A stretch of 64,000 nucleotides of DNA from Candidatus Woesearchaeota archaeon (GTDB lineage Archaea; Nanobdellota; Nanobdellia; Woesearchaeales; ARS49): NCBI GenBank assembly GCA_016215315.1, contig JACRKG010000011.1, positions 537 to 64,536 of the forward strand, read 5' to 3'. Under the pieces are notes generated by a model, which searched no databases, was not told the DNA's origin, and saw only the letters and a list, made by a program, of their open reading frames with translations. Positions 18,631-28,527 of this stretch are shown here, piece by piece. Position 1 is the first letter of the stretch; the number at the start of each line of letters is the position of its first letter. Made by a program: the position numbers and the translations under genes.

Positions 18631-20313
18631 ATGAAAGATTTAATCAGAAATTACGCATTACAGAACGCAGTAAAACATGAAGGTGTGGCTCAAGTTGGTA
18701 GTGTTATAGGACATCTTATTCAAGCCGATCCTTCGGTTAAAAGTAAACTCAAAGAGTTATCTGCAGAAATTAATAAAATAGTTACCGAAGTCAACAAGTT
18801 AAGTGTTGAAGAACAAAGAAAAGAATTAGAAAAATCTGCTCCCGAATTACTTGAGGAGAAGCCTAAGGAAACCAGAACAGGTCTAAAAGACTTACCTAAT
18901 GTTAAAGGAAATGTTGTTTTACGTTTCGCACCATCACCTTCAGGACCATTACACGTAGGTCATGCAATGGTATTAGGATTGAATTATTTGTACGCTAAAA
19001 AGTACAAGGGGAAATTATTTTTAAGAATTGAAGATACCAATTCAAAAAATATCGATAAGGATGCTTATGAATTAATACCAAGAGATTGTAATTGGTTAAC
19101 AAAAAACGGTGTTAATGAAGTTATTGTTCAATCAACAAGACTAAAAATTTATTACGATTACTGCGAAAGACTAATTGCTACAGGCAAAGCATATGTTTGC
19201 CAGTGCAGTTCTGAAAAATTTCATGACTTAAGTTTAGAAAAAAAAGCATGCCCTTGCCGCGAAGTACCTAAACAAAAACAATTAGTTTTATGGCAAAGAA
19301 TGTTCAGTGATTTGAAACCTGGCGATGCTGTTGTAAGAATAAAAACAGATCTTAACCATCCAAATCCTGCAATGCGTGACTGGCCTGCAATGAGAATAAA
19401 TGACAGTCCTCATCCAAAAGAAAAAGCTCGCGTATGGCCATTAATGAATTTTTCAGTAGCAATTGATGATCATGAAATGAAAGTCACTCACACCATAAGA
19501 GGAAAAGATCATGCAGACAACGCAAAAAGACAAAAATATTTATTAGATTATTTCCAGTGGGAAGAACCAACTCACTCATTTATTGGAAGAATAAACTTTG
19601 AAGGAATGGACTTAAGCACAACACAAACAAGAAAAAAAATAGAAGCAGGAGAATATGAAGGCTGGGAAGACATAAGACTGCCTTTTTTGGGCGCATTAAG
19701 AAGAAGAGGCTATCAGCCCGAAGCATTCCAAAGATTTGTGGAAGATATGGGAATTTCATTAAGCGACAAAACAGTAACAAGAGAAGATTTCTTTAAAGCA
19801 ATAAATCATCACAACAAAGAAATACTCGACCCAGCAAGTAATCGATACTTTTTCGTAAAAGAACCAGTAGAAATAACCGTAGAAAAAGCACCCGAACAAA
19901 CAGCAGAACTAGATTTGCATCCAGGTATGAAGGAAAAAGGCAAAAGAATATTCAAAACAAAAGACAAATTTTACATCACAAAAGAAGATCATGCAGAACT
20001 AAAAGCAAAAAAATTATACCGACTAATGGACTGCTTAAATTTTACAAAAAAAGGAAAAAAATTCGCATTTGACAGTTTAGAATATGAAAACTATAAAGAT
20101 AAAGGAGATAAAATAATCCATTGGCTGCCAGTAAGCGATGACTTAGTTAAAGTTGAAGTAAGATTGCCAGACAACACAAAAGTTTCAGGACTTGGAGAAA
20201 AAGATTTATCAAAACTCAAAGAAGGAGACATAGTACAATTAGAAAGATTTGGTTTCTGCAGACTTGATAAAAAAGAAAAAGATAAATTAGAATTCTGGTA
20301 CGGACACAACTAA
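18631..20313 (+). CDS. gltX: Glutamate--tRNA ligase (archaeal type)
   Basis: RFAPSPSGPLHVGH, IRGKDH, QLERFGF. Confidence 0.97.
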   Translation: MKDLIRNYALQNAVKHEGVAQVGSVIGHLIQADPSVKSKLKELSAEINKIVTEVNKLSVEEQRKELEKSAPELLEEKPKETRTGLKDLPNVKGNVVLRFAPSPSGPLHVGHAMVLGLNYLYAKKYKGKLFLRIEDTNSKNIDKDAYELIPRDCNWLTKNGVNEVIVQSTRLKIYYDYCERLIATGKAYVCQCSSEKFHDLSLEKKACPCREVPKQKQLVLWQRMFSDLKPGDAVVRIKTDLNHPNPAMRDWPAMRINDSPHPKEKARVWPLMNFSVAIDDHEMKVTHTIRGKDHADNAKRQKYLLDYFQWEEPTHSFIGRINFEGMDLSTTQTRKKIEAGEYEGWEDIRLPFLGALRRRGYQPEAFQRFVEDMGISLSDKTVTREDFFKAINHHNKEILDPASNRYFFVKEPVEITVEKAPEQTAELDLHPGMKEKGKRIFKTKDKFYITKEDHAELKAKKLYRLMDCLNFTKKGKKFAFDSLEYENYKDKGDKIIHWLPVSDDLVKVEVRLPDNTKVSGLGEKDLSKLKEGDIVQLERFGFCRLDKKEKDKLEFWYGHN

Positions 20314-20871
20314 TCATTCCATGTACGGCCTGTAAGTATTCTCTCCAGCTTCAGGATCTCTTTGTAAAATTATTAGTTCTGCATCATGAATGTCTAATGT
20401 TACTTGAGTAAATTTACCCCAAATGTCAATTGTACAGGATGAAAAATTATTAGAATGAATAATGCCCTGACTGTTAAACGAATATTGAGCTCTCAACCCT
20501 ACAATCAGTTTAGTTTTATCCTCGCCAGATTGACTGCCAAAAGGAAAAAATAATCCAAATCGTTCATCACCCAAAGAATCGGTTTTTCTTCTAACAACAT
20601 ATTCGCTCACTATTTTTCTTGAATTATTGTCTGAATCAGTAACAGGAAGAAATTCTCCTTCATCAGATAACTCAAAATCGTATTCAGCATCTGAAGACCT
20701 TAAGTAAGGAGGAAGATTCTTTTGTTCTCCAGCCAAATAAATTGTTCTTTCTTCATCGCTCAATCCTAATTGATGAACCAAACCATACTTGTCAAGTTTT
20801 TTCTGAATTCCTTCACAAGAACCATCAGATTCAATCCATTTGCCTATGAAGATTATTTGTTCTAGAGCCAT
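20314..20871 (-). CDS. Hypothetical protein
   Basis: 185-aa ORF downstream of the AAA ATPase. Confidence 0.65.
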   Translation of the reverse strand: MALEQIIFIGKWIESDGSCEGIQKKLDKYGLVHQLGLSDEERTIYLAGEQKNLPPYLRSSDAEYDFELSDEGEFLPVTDSDNNSRKIVSEYVVRRKTDSLGDERFGLFFPFGSQSGEDKTKLIVGLRAQYSFNSQGIIHSNNFSSCTIDIWGKFTQVTLDIHDAELIILQRDPEAGENTYRPYME

Positions 20872-20904
20872 AAAAAATAAGAAAATAAAATAAGCTTATA
20901 AAAA

Positions 20905-22695
20905 CTATTGTTGATTATCTCTTTCAAAATCCACAGTTGCGTCAAATCTTTTAAGAAGATTATTTGGAACTGCAAGACCGCTGTAGCTTGAAGCAATTTC
21001 AAAAAGTTTTACTGCTCTTCTATTAGCTGCTTTCCTGGCTGCTTTTTCCGGGTCTTCTTCTTCAGTTTTTTCTTCCGCGGGTGCTTCTTCGACAGGCAGA
21101 TCTAATGTTTTTACGTAATTTTCTACATTTCTCGGGTTTGGTTTTTGTATGTTTCTTCCAGATAAGTAATCTTGAAGTCCAGAATACATTTTATCTTCAT
21201 CAAATGTTTTAACACCTGATTTGTTCAAGTAGTGTTTTAAAACTTCTCTTTGATCACTTTCTTCGGTTAAGTATCCGAATTTAACTATTAATCCGAATCT
21301 ATCTTCTAGTGCTCTGCCTGCTTCATCATCATCTTCTTCATCAGATTTAAAGCCCATTTTTAGAGCTCCTTCATGATTTGATATTACATACATTTTTGCA
21401 TTTGATGGTAAGCCGCTAAAAGATCCTTCCATCATTGTTTTAAGTCCAGTATACAAGTCTTCATCTTCTCCTAGCTTAAATTCATCAATTAATATAATAA
21501 ATTTGTTATCAACCATTTGTTCTATTTGATTGAAAACTGCAGGTAATGCAGGAGCCATTCTTTTATCTACTTCAAGAATTCTCAATCCTTCTTTTGAGTA
21601 TTTTGTTAATAATGCATTTACCATTGAAGACTTTCCAGTTCCTGGAGGTCCCTTAATGAAAACGTTATTTGCTTCTTTTCCTTTAAGTAATTTTTCAGTA
21701 TTTGCCACTAATTCTTTTTTCTGTGATTCGTATCCAACTAAGTCAGAAAGTTTTACTGCTTTTCTTTTAGTTGTTGGAACTAACATTGGTCCAAACATAG
21801 GATGCATTCCTATAGTGTACGTTTCAGAATCTTGTAATTTTCTTGTTTCTTGGTAATAATTGGCAATTATTTCTCCAACATTACTCCAATCCTTTTCTTG
21901 AGAAATTAATCTTTTAAGTCCGCCCCTCTCCTCTCTTGCTTTTCTTATTCTTTCTTCAGTTGGATTTTTTGAATTTCTTTTTGCAGGTTTAAAATCTCCA
22001 AAAGAAGGTAATTTTCTAGTAAAAGGAACAGCCAATTTATAATCATCAGGAAATAAATTTCTTAATTCTTGAAGTAATCCAAAATACTCAGTCATCACTC
22101 CTTCAAAATCAAATTCATAAACTCTTTTCATATTAACTGCGTAATCTCTGAATTCTTCTTTAACACTATCGCCTATTTGATCAAAATCTTGTTCACGACA
22201 TTTTCTAATAAATGCACCATCTCTTTCAAGCATTAATTCTAATAAATAATCTTGGAATGGAGTACCAACAACATTAGTAGCACCAGTTTCATAAGTGCTC
22301 GATATTCTTGTAAATAATTGTTTGTACGCATCAAAAGAATCTCGCAATGGTTCAATCAATCTAGCTAAGAAATCTGAAAGCTTAGAATTATTTCCTTTTC
22401 CTAAAATGTCGGATAAATTTTCGAGTTCTGACTGCATCAAAGTTAAGTATTTCTGAAGTTCAGTATCAAAACTTTCGCGTCTCATATTTATCGACTCAAT
22501 TAAAGCAAATCTACCGCCCCCATTCATTTGCTCAGGAGGATTATATACATAATTATCCACTAAACATCTTTGTAAGAAAACTTGTTCTTTTAATTTATCT
22601 GCTCTTTTTTTGAAAGATCTCAATCTGAATCTATTCACAGGATTCAACACTAAATCCTTTAAAGATCCGCCTCCCAATATTCTGTCTAATGCCAT
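20905..22695 (-). CDS. AAA+ ATPase (DUF815-like) with long helical N-terminus
   Basis: LVGYESQK, ANNVFIKGPPGTGKSS, IILIDE, LKTMMEG, LEDRFG. Confidence 0.85.
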   Translation of the reverse strand: MALDRILGGGSLKDLVLNPVNRFRLRSFKKRADKLKEQVFLQRCLVDNYVYNPPEQMNGGGRFALIESINMRRESFDTELQKYLTLMQSELENLSDILGKGNNSKLSDFLARLIEPLRDSFDAYKQLFTRISSTYETGATNVVGTPFQDYLLELMLERDGAFIRKCREQDFDQIGDSVKEEFRDYAVNMKRVYEFDFEGVMTEYFGLLQELRNLFPDDYKLAVPFTRKLPSFGDFKPAKRNSKNPTEERIRKAREERGGLKRLISQEKDWSNVGEIIANYYQETRKLQDSETYTIGMHPMFGPMLVPTTKRKAVKLSDLVGYESQKKELVANTEKLLKGKEANNVFIKGPPGTGKSSMVNALLTKYSKEGLRILEVDKRMAPALPAVFNQIEQMVDNKFIILIDEFKLGEDEDLYTGLKTMMEGSFSGLPSNAKMYVISNHEGALKMGFKSDEEDDDEAGRALEDRFGLIVKFGYLTEESDQREVLKHYLNKSGVKTFDEDKMYSGLQDYLSGRNIQKPNPRNVENYVKTLDLPVEEAPAEEKTEEEDPEKAARKAANRRAVKLFEIASSYSGLAVPNNLLKRFDATVDFERDNQQ

Positions 22696-22800
22696 TTTAG
22701 TAGTATTAATAGGTACCAATATATAAATGTTTCGTTTTTTAACTACCTCTTAGTGGTGAATTAAGAAAACATTATAAAGCGCGGATTGTTCACAAATGAA

Positions 22801-23345
22801 ATGAACCAAAAAAATAGCAAACTCTTGAGATTTGGCGGAATCGCTTTAGTTTTGGGTGTTGGTTTGTATGCTGGATTATCACTAAAACTAGAGAAACAGT
22901 ACTTTATGCTAAAGCTCTACAAAGCATAGAAGATGCTTTTCAAGATCTTTTTGATTTTGAAGTAAACTTAACCAACTACAAAAGATATAATCCGCAAAAC
23001 AAAATCAAGTATACTTTCTTAGCACAAGCAAAAGAAAACCTTTCAAATATTGGACAAAAAATCAATTTATTACAGCAAGAAACAATAAACAGCGGTTTAA
23101 GTGCTAATAGATTAGAGCAATCGTTATACCATATCAAAGTTGCTCAGCAACAATTAATGCACGACTACATATTTGAACTAGATAACGTATTTACCTCAGA
23201 AGGAATTGCAGATATTAATTTTGATGCTGAAAAGTTTGAAATAAATAATAATGAACACGCAAAATCACTGCAAAGAGAATTCAAGTCAATTTCAGATTAT
23301 TTAGGTAATCAATCAAGTACAGTTCGTTTAATAGAAAACAAGTAA
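22801..23345 (+). pseudogene. Frameshifted membrane-anchored helical protein
   Basis: ATG 22801 encodes a TM (FGGIALVLGVGLYAGLSL) and stops at 22929; another frame is open from about 22884 into ORF 23157-23345. Confidence 0.65.
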
Positions 23346-23434
23346 AGAAAGATTCTATCAATTACCTGATTTGTGTTTCACCAACGCCACAATCTTTATA
23401 AAAACCAATTTTCTTGTTCTATAAAGGTGATATT

Positions 23435-23599
23435 ATGAGTTTAGTAATTAGAACAAAGCTTAAAGAAGTAGCTCAAGGATTTAATATTTCCAGTGATTTT
23501 GCTGACACATTAGATAAGAAAGCAGAAGAATTAGTTAAGTCTGCTTGTGAAAGAGCTAAAGCAAACGGAAGAAAAACAGTAATGTCCAAGGATTTGTAA
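23435..23599 (+). CDS. Minimal archaeal histone (DUF1931-like)
   Basis: ISSDFADTLD..AEELVKSACERAKANGRKTVMSKDL; GGTGA RBS. Confidence 0.9.
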   Translation: MSLVIRTKLKEVAQGFNISSDFADTLDKKAEELVKSACERAKANGRKTVMSKDL

Positions 23600-23602
23600 A
23601 AG

Positions 23603-23632
23603 GGTTTGAAGTTCACAGTTTATAGTTTGTAG
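23603..23632 (+). repeat. Heptamer array (RGTTYRY)x4 after stop codon
   Basis: GGTTTGA AGTTCAC AGTTTAT AGTTTGT. Confidence 0.85.
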
Positions 23633-23633
23633 G

Positions 23634-23846
23634 ACCTGAAGCGGTCGGAACATTAACGCCGCTGCGCGGAAATTGATAACTGCTAAATTATTCGCGTGCA
23701 CTCGCAGAATTTTTTTATTTCTTCTGGATTCATGATGCTGCCGCCACCCACAGTAAAGAACTATGCAAGCACACAATTCTCGGCGGCCTGAGCTCAGAAA
23801 ATTTAAGTTAATCAAGAAAACAAGCAACATCCAGATAATTTTAGGT
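23634..23846. ncRNA. Candidate structured ncRNA, unassigned
   Basis: GC-rich; stems AGCGG/CCGCT, TGCGCG/CGTGCA, GCCGCC/GGCGGC, TCTGGAT/ATCCAGA. Confidence 0.5.
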
Positions 23847-23855
23847 ACAAATAAC

Positions 23856-24194
23856 TCATTTTTTGAACAATCTCTTTTTTGGTTTCATTGAAGGAATATT
23901 TATTTCTGGACCTTTTAAGTCTTCAAACATTTCTTCATGCTCTTCTTCTTTAGGTGAGCCATTTGTTGGACCTGCATCACGTAAATCCCTAACCATTTCT
24001 GAAAGGGCAACCACTCCATCAGCTATTTGAGAATTTTGTTCGAGAACTTCATTCATTTTTTCAGCCAAAGCACCAGTAGAAGAATCACCCGATCTTTCTA
24101 AAACTTTATCGAACCGCTCAATAGCTTTCTCAAACAAATCTAGCACTTTGTCTAGCTTTTCATGTAGTTCTTCTATTGATTCTTCAACACCCAT
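23856..24194 (-). CDS. Hypothetical coiled-coil protein
   Basis: GAGGAG RBS, heptad pattern. Confidence 0.75.
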   Translation of the reverse strand: MGVEESIEELHEKLDKVLDLFEKAIERFDKVLERSGDSSTGALAEKMNEVLEQNSQIADGVVALSEMVRDLRDAGPTNGSPKEEEHEEMFEDLKGPEINIPSMKPKKRLFKK

Positions 24195-24339
24195 AATATC
24201 TCCTCTTTTAGTAATATATTGGAAGCGTTATTTATAAATATTACTGTAAGTATTGATAAAAACTTTATTTGAGCAATCAACAGATATCAAAGGGGATCAA
24301 AATTTACGGTGTTTGAGGTCATTAAGTACTAAATATTTG

Positions 24340-24909
24340 TTAATTTTTTCCACCGTAAACTAGTATTAGCCCAACAATTGACAGAACAACACTAAATCCA
24401 ATTATGTGCAAGAAAAAGTATTGAAAGAACATTTGATTAAAAACTTGCACCATTACATAATTACCTGGAAACTGCCATTGATCAAATGCAAGCATTTCAT
24501 GAAATTTTGTGAACAAAAAATTAAAAGGCAGAATTGCTAATAACAAAATCATAACTAAATTAAGAATACTTCCATAAAAAATGATTACTCGATTTATCCT
24601 AAAAGTATAAACGAGTACCAAAATCAAAAACAAAACATTTAGCATAAACATTTTATCTCTTACCTCAAACATATGACTTACTTCTTCTTGCTGAAAGCCT
24701 TGAATGAAGTTAGTTTTGTACGTTAAGTAATCAAGTGTTTTTTGCCCATATTCTTGAGCTTGAGGATGAGCGTTGCTAAGTTCAAACAATAAATTATAAA
24801 ATTGAGCATTAAACGTCAAAAGAAACGCACTCAACAATAAAAGAAATAATGGAAAAACGATAATCAAAAATAAATCCTTCGTGCTTGCAAACTTTCGCCC
24901 CAAAACCAT
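24340..24909 (-). CDS. Integral membrane protein (DUF1461/TIGR01906-like)
   Basis: EVSHMFEV, FTKFHEML..WQF, several TM helices. Confidence 0.75.
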   Translation of the reverse strand: MVLGRKFASTKDLFLIIVFPLFLLLLSAFLLTFNAQFYNLLFELSNAHPQAQEYGQKTLDYLTYKTNFIQGFQQEEVSHMFEVRDKMFMLNVLFLILVLVYTFRINRVIIFYGSILNLVMILLLAILPFNFLFTKFHEMLAFDQWQFPGNYVMVQVFNQMFFQYFFLHIIGFSVVLSIVGLILVYGGKN

Positions 24910-24934
24910 AAACCACAAACTACCAACATTTTTC

Positions 24935-27547
24935 TTACTTAATCTTTGCGCCATCAGGCAGATCTATACTTACACCTTTTAATTCTTTTCCATCACAATA
25001 TGCTTTTTTGTTTTTTACTTCTAGTTTTAGTTTTGCAAAATCTTCAATAGTTATTTGGTTGTTATTAGGTGTTGTTCCTTCGATTTGTACTTGATCACCA
25101 GGGTTACCTTGCGGTTCTAAAACTTTCACAACTCCCTCTTTTTCTGCAGCTAAAAGCATTCCTTGACTTTCTATACCTCGTATATTCGCAGGCTTTAAGT
25201 TTGAAATTATTACTATTTTTTTACCAACCAATTCTTCTTTTTTGTAAGAATTCTTTATTCCACCAACTAATTGTCTTTTTTCCCCACCCAAATCAAGCTT
25301 CAAGAAATATAATTTGTCTGCGTTTGGATGATCTTCTACGGATTCAATTTGAGCAACTTTAAGATTTAACAAAGATAAGCTTTTAGAAGTATTTTGATTT
25401 GTATTTTGTTGAACCTCTTTGCCATTAAAGCCAATTATTAATTCTTTAGCTTCTTTGAGTGCATCTTGCATTTGGTTATCACTCATCTTATTATTACCGA
25501 ACAAGATCAAGAATACGTGCTTAGTTGTTATTTCTGTTTTTGTTTGATTGCATTGTTTTGAGAGTCTTCCTATTATTTTTTCCTCATCAGAATAAACTAG
25601 TTCTCCTGCTTTTAGAAGTTCTCTATTTCCTTCTAAAGAAATAAATTCCTCTCCTTCTTTTGATAATCTTACAGTTATTTTTCCAACTAGCCTATTAACG
25701 TCATGAGTTGCAATAGAAGTTAATGTTTTCACTGATACAATATTGTAAACGTCTACAACTGCATTTATTTGAGGCAAGTTATTTCCTTTGATTAATTTTA
25801 TCAGGCCAACTACTGAGTTGGGATTTTTTTCTTTGTCTAGGCCTGCTTTTTCTTGAATTTTGTTGTATTCTTCAAGAACTTCTTTATTTTCATATTTTTG
25901 AAGATTCTCTTTCAAATCTTTCTTCATTTTTTCTATTGTTTCACTCTTCTTTCTAATCTTTAAATCGTTTATTTGTGTTCCAACTACTTTGATTCCTAAA
26001 TTTTTAACTTCTGGAGAAATGACTAGTTCTATTTCTGGAATTTTTTCTTTTCTTTCAACAAATTCTACTTTTTTGAACAATATTTGTGGTTCTTCTGTTT
26101 TTCCTTTAGTTGTTTTCTTAAAAGTTGCATCTTTGAATGATTTTATTTTTTGTCCTATTTGTTTTGCTAATTTTTCAGAACTTTCAGGAATAAAAGAATA
26201 AGTCAATAATGAAGTAATTCTTAAACTTTCTACAAGCACGTAAAGTATTGTTCCTAATCTTTTTTTGTCTTGAACTTTCCAAGGTTCGGTTTTGTTTATG
26301 TAAGCATTGCATTCATGAATGAATTCCCAAATTATTTCTAACGCTTTACTCCATTCATAATTTTGCATTTGTTCATTGGCTCTAGTAAATAACGTGTTTG
26401 CTTTTTGTATTAATTCTTCATCATCTTTTTCAAACTTTCCAGGCTTGGGAATTTTTCCATCAAAATTTTTGAAGACTAATGTGTTAACTCTTTGTAATAA
26501 GTTTCCTAATGAATTCGCTAAGTCTGCGTTTGCTCTTTCAACTATTGATTTTTCAGAAACATCCCCATCTTGTCCTGCAGGAATATCTCTCATTAAGTAA
26601 TATCTTACTTGGTCAACACCATAAGTATCAATTAAATAAATTGGATCAATAACATTGCCTAATGATTTACTCATTTTTTGGCCTTCAAAAGTTAAGTAAC
26701 CGTGAACTAGCACTTTTTTAGGTTGTTCAATTCCTAAACTATACAACATTCCAGGCCAAATTACTGAATGAAACCAATTAATTCCTTTACCAATAAAGTG
26801 AACATTCGCAGGCCAAAATTTTTCTTTACTTTTTATTCTAGTTGCACTGTAATAGTTTCCAAGCGCGTCAAACCAAACATAAACAGTGTGATTTTGATCT
26901 ATTGGTGTTTTAATACCCCAAGTCTTTCCAACTCTACTAACACTAATATCTTTTAATTCTTCTTTCTCAAGTCTTGACTGTATTTCATTACTCCAAGTTT
27001 GAGGAGTTATCAGTCCTTTTTTTATTAATTCTAGAATTTTCTCTTTGAATTTTGATAATTTGAAAAAATAGCTCTCTTCTTTAATATGTTCTGGCTTTTT
27101 TTTATGTTCGGGACATTCTCCGTTAATCAAATCTTTTTCAGTGTAAAACGCTTCACATCCTTTGCAGTATAATCCTTCATAATGTCCTTTGTAAATATCT
27201 CCGTTATCAAATGCTTTTTTGAACAATTCTTGAACAACTTTTACGTGTCTTTTCTCAACAGTTCTTATGAAATCATCATTTGATAGATTTGCTTTTTTGC
27301 ATAATTCAATAAAAAATTGAGCGTTTTTGTCAACAAATTCTCTTACTGGAATTCCCGCTTTTTCAGCAGCTTCTTCATTCTTTGAAGCATTATCATCTGT
27401 TCCGGTTAAGAAGAAAACATCCTCACCAAGCAACCTGTGCCATCTTGCTATTGCATCAGCTATTGCTTTCTCATACAAATGGCCACAATGAGGTTTGGCA
27501 TTAACATAATCTATTGCAGTAGTAATGTAAAACGTTTTTTTAGCCAT
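24935..27547 (-). CDS. metG: Methionine--tRNA ligase with inserted B3/4 domain and C-terminal tRNA-binding OB domain
   Basis: YITTAIDY..PHCGH, YVWFDAL, KMSKS, HPNADKL...SQGMLL. Confidence 0.97.
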   Translation of the reverse strand: MAKKTFYITTAIDYVNAKPHCGHLYEKAIADAIARWHRLLGEDVFFLTGTDDNASKNEEAAEKAGIPVREFVDKNAQFFIELCKKANLSNDDFIRTVEKRHVKVVQELFKKAFDNGDIYKGHYEGLYCKGCEAFYTEKDLINGECPEHKKKPEHIKEESYFFKLSKFKEKILELIKKGLITPQTWSNEIQSRLEKEELKDISVSRVGKTWGIKTPIDQNHTVYVWFDALGNYYSATRIKSKEKFWPANVHFIGKGINWFHSVIWPGMLYSLGIEQPKKVLVHGYLTFEGQKMSKSLGNVIDPIYLIDTYGVDQVRYYLMRDIPAGQDGDVSEKSIVERANADLANSLGNLLQRVNTLVFKNFDGKIPKPGKFEKDDEELIQKANTLFTRANEQMQNYEWSKALEIIWEFIHECNAYINKTEPWKVQDKKRLGTILYVLVESLRITSLLTYSFIPESSEKLAKQIGQKIKSFKDATFKKTTKGKTEEPQILFKKVEFVERKEKIPEIELVISPEVKNLGIKVVGTQINDLKIRKKSETIEKMKKDLKENLQKYENKEVLEEYNKIQEKAGLDKEKNPNSVVGLIKLIKGNNLPQINAVVDVYNIVSVKTLTSIATHDVNRLVGKITVRLSKEGEEFISLEGNRELLKAGELVYSDEEKIIGRLSKQCNQTKTEITTKHVFLILFGNNKMSDNQMQDALKEAKELIIGFNGKEVQQNTNQNTSKSLSLLNLKVAQIESVEDHPNADKLYFLKLDLGGEKRQLVGGIKNSYKKEELVGKKIVIISNLKPANIRGIESQGMLLAAEKEGVVKVLEPQGNPGDQVQIEGTTPNNNQITIEDFAKLKLEVKNKKAYCDGKELKGVSIDLPDGAKIK

Positions 27548-27587
27548 TAAAATGATATATTCACGATTATTTTATAAAGTTTTTCAC

Positions 27588-27630
27588 AAAAGTTATTCAT
27601 AACTCACTACGTTCGTCATGAATAACTTTT
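27588..27630. repeat. REP-like hairpin with CTCACTWCGTTCG loop
   Basis: 13-bp perfect inverted repeat; loop core recurs at 58469-58481. Confidence 0.65.
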
Positions 27631-27656
27631 AAATAGATTAGGGGTGTTTTAATTCT

Positions 27657-28378
27657 GTGAAGCAATTAATTAGCAAAAATAACAATATTTGGGTATCTAG
27701 CTCTTTAGAAGAAGAGGTTTTACGAGAAAAAATCCTTAATTGTGACGCCGTTCTGAGTGATTTAGATGACACAGACACTAATCCTACCGCACCAATAATA
27801 ATTAGACAAGGAATTAAACGGTATTTTTACCGCCCTGAATTTATTACTTGGTGGATGAAATTAACAATCACAAACCAAATACTAAACCGAAGAGAACAAA
27901 GCGATGCATGGAAATTATACTCAAGCAAATTTATTGATGCAAAAGAAAGAAAAAGAATTAGAAAACAATTGACACCTCAAAGAGTGAATGACTTGTTATT
28001 TCCTGGAGTTAAAGAATTTTACTCTCTAATTACACCAGCATACAAAACTTATGTTACACGAAATCTTTACGAAGTTGGCGATGCTTTTGGATGCGTTCTG
28101 GGATTTGATGAAATTATTAGCGGTGCAAGAAATAAAGAAATCGCAGCAGCAGAATTTATTAATGCCCATCCTCAATTTAGAAAGTACTTAGTGAAAGGTG
28201 ATTCTCATCACGACGAAGGAATGATTGATGCGCTTAAATTCTACCAAAAAAAGGCAAAATAGATTACGTTTTAGGAATATGGGTTTCTAAAACACCAACA
28301 GATAGAGCAAAATTCGACGTAAATATTGGACAAAATTATACTGGATTGGTTGAACTATTAAAGAAAAAAAGCCAGTAA
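27657..28378 (+). CDS. HAD-like hydrolase, frameshifted near the 3' end
   Basis: SDLDDT, LFPGV, VT, KGDS..D; shifting frame at A7 (28246-28252) adds GKIDYVLGIWV...GLVELLKKKSQ*. Confidence 0.7.
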
Positions 28379-28380
28379 CT

Positions 28381-28445
28381 AGTTTATAGTTTGCAGTTTA
28401 TGGTTCACAGTCGTCCTATAAACTTCAAACTGTAAACTACAAACT
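28381..28445. repeat. Inverted pair of heptamer arrays between convergent genes
   Basis: AGTTTAT AGTTTGC AGTTTAT GGTTCAC ... ATAAACT TCAAACT GTAAACT ACAAACT. Confidence 0.9.
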
Positions 28446-28449
28446 TAAA

Positions 28450-28524
28450 TGGGATCGGGGAGATTTGAACTCCCAATCTCACCCACCCCAAGGGTGAATC
28501 TTAACCAAGTTGGACTACGACCCC
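28450..28524 (-). tRNA. tRNA-Pro(GGG)
   Basis: Cloverleaf: acceptor GGGGTCG/CGATCCC, anticodon arm CACCC-TTGGGGT-GGGTG, T loop TTCAAAT; CCA not encoded. Confidence 0.96.
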
Positions 28525-28527
28525 AAA

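Noticed and set aside
23634-23846. Assignment as SRP RNA or RNase P RNA
   Set aside because: Minus-strand CAGG...AGCA flanks a long insert rather than a GNRA-capped helix 8, and no GAGGAAAGTCC-type RNase P motif was seen; left unassigned.
24290-24322. Partial motif ACACCG..GATCCC on the minus strand
   Set aside because: Only one block matches and the closing stem is absent.
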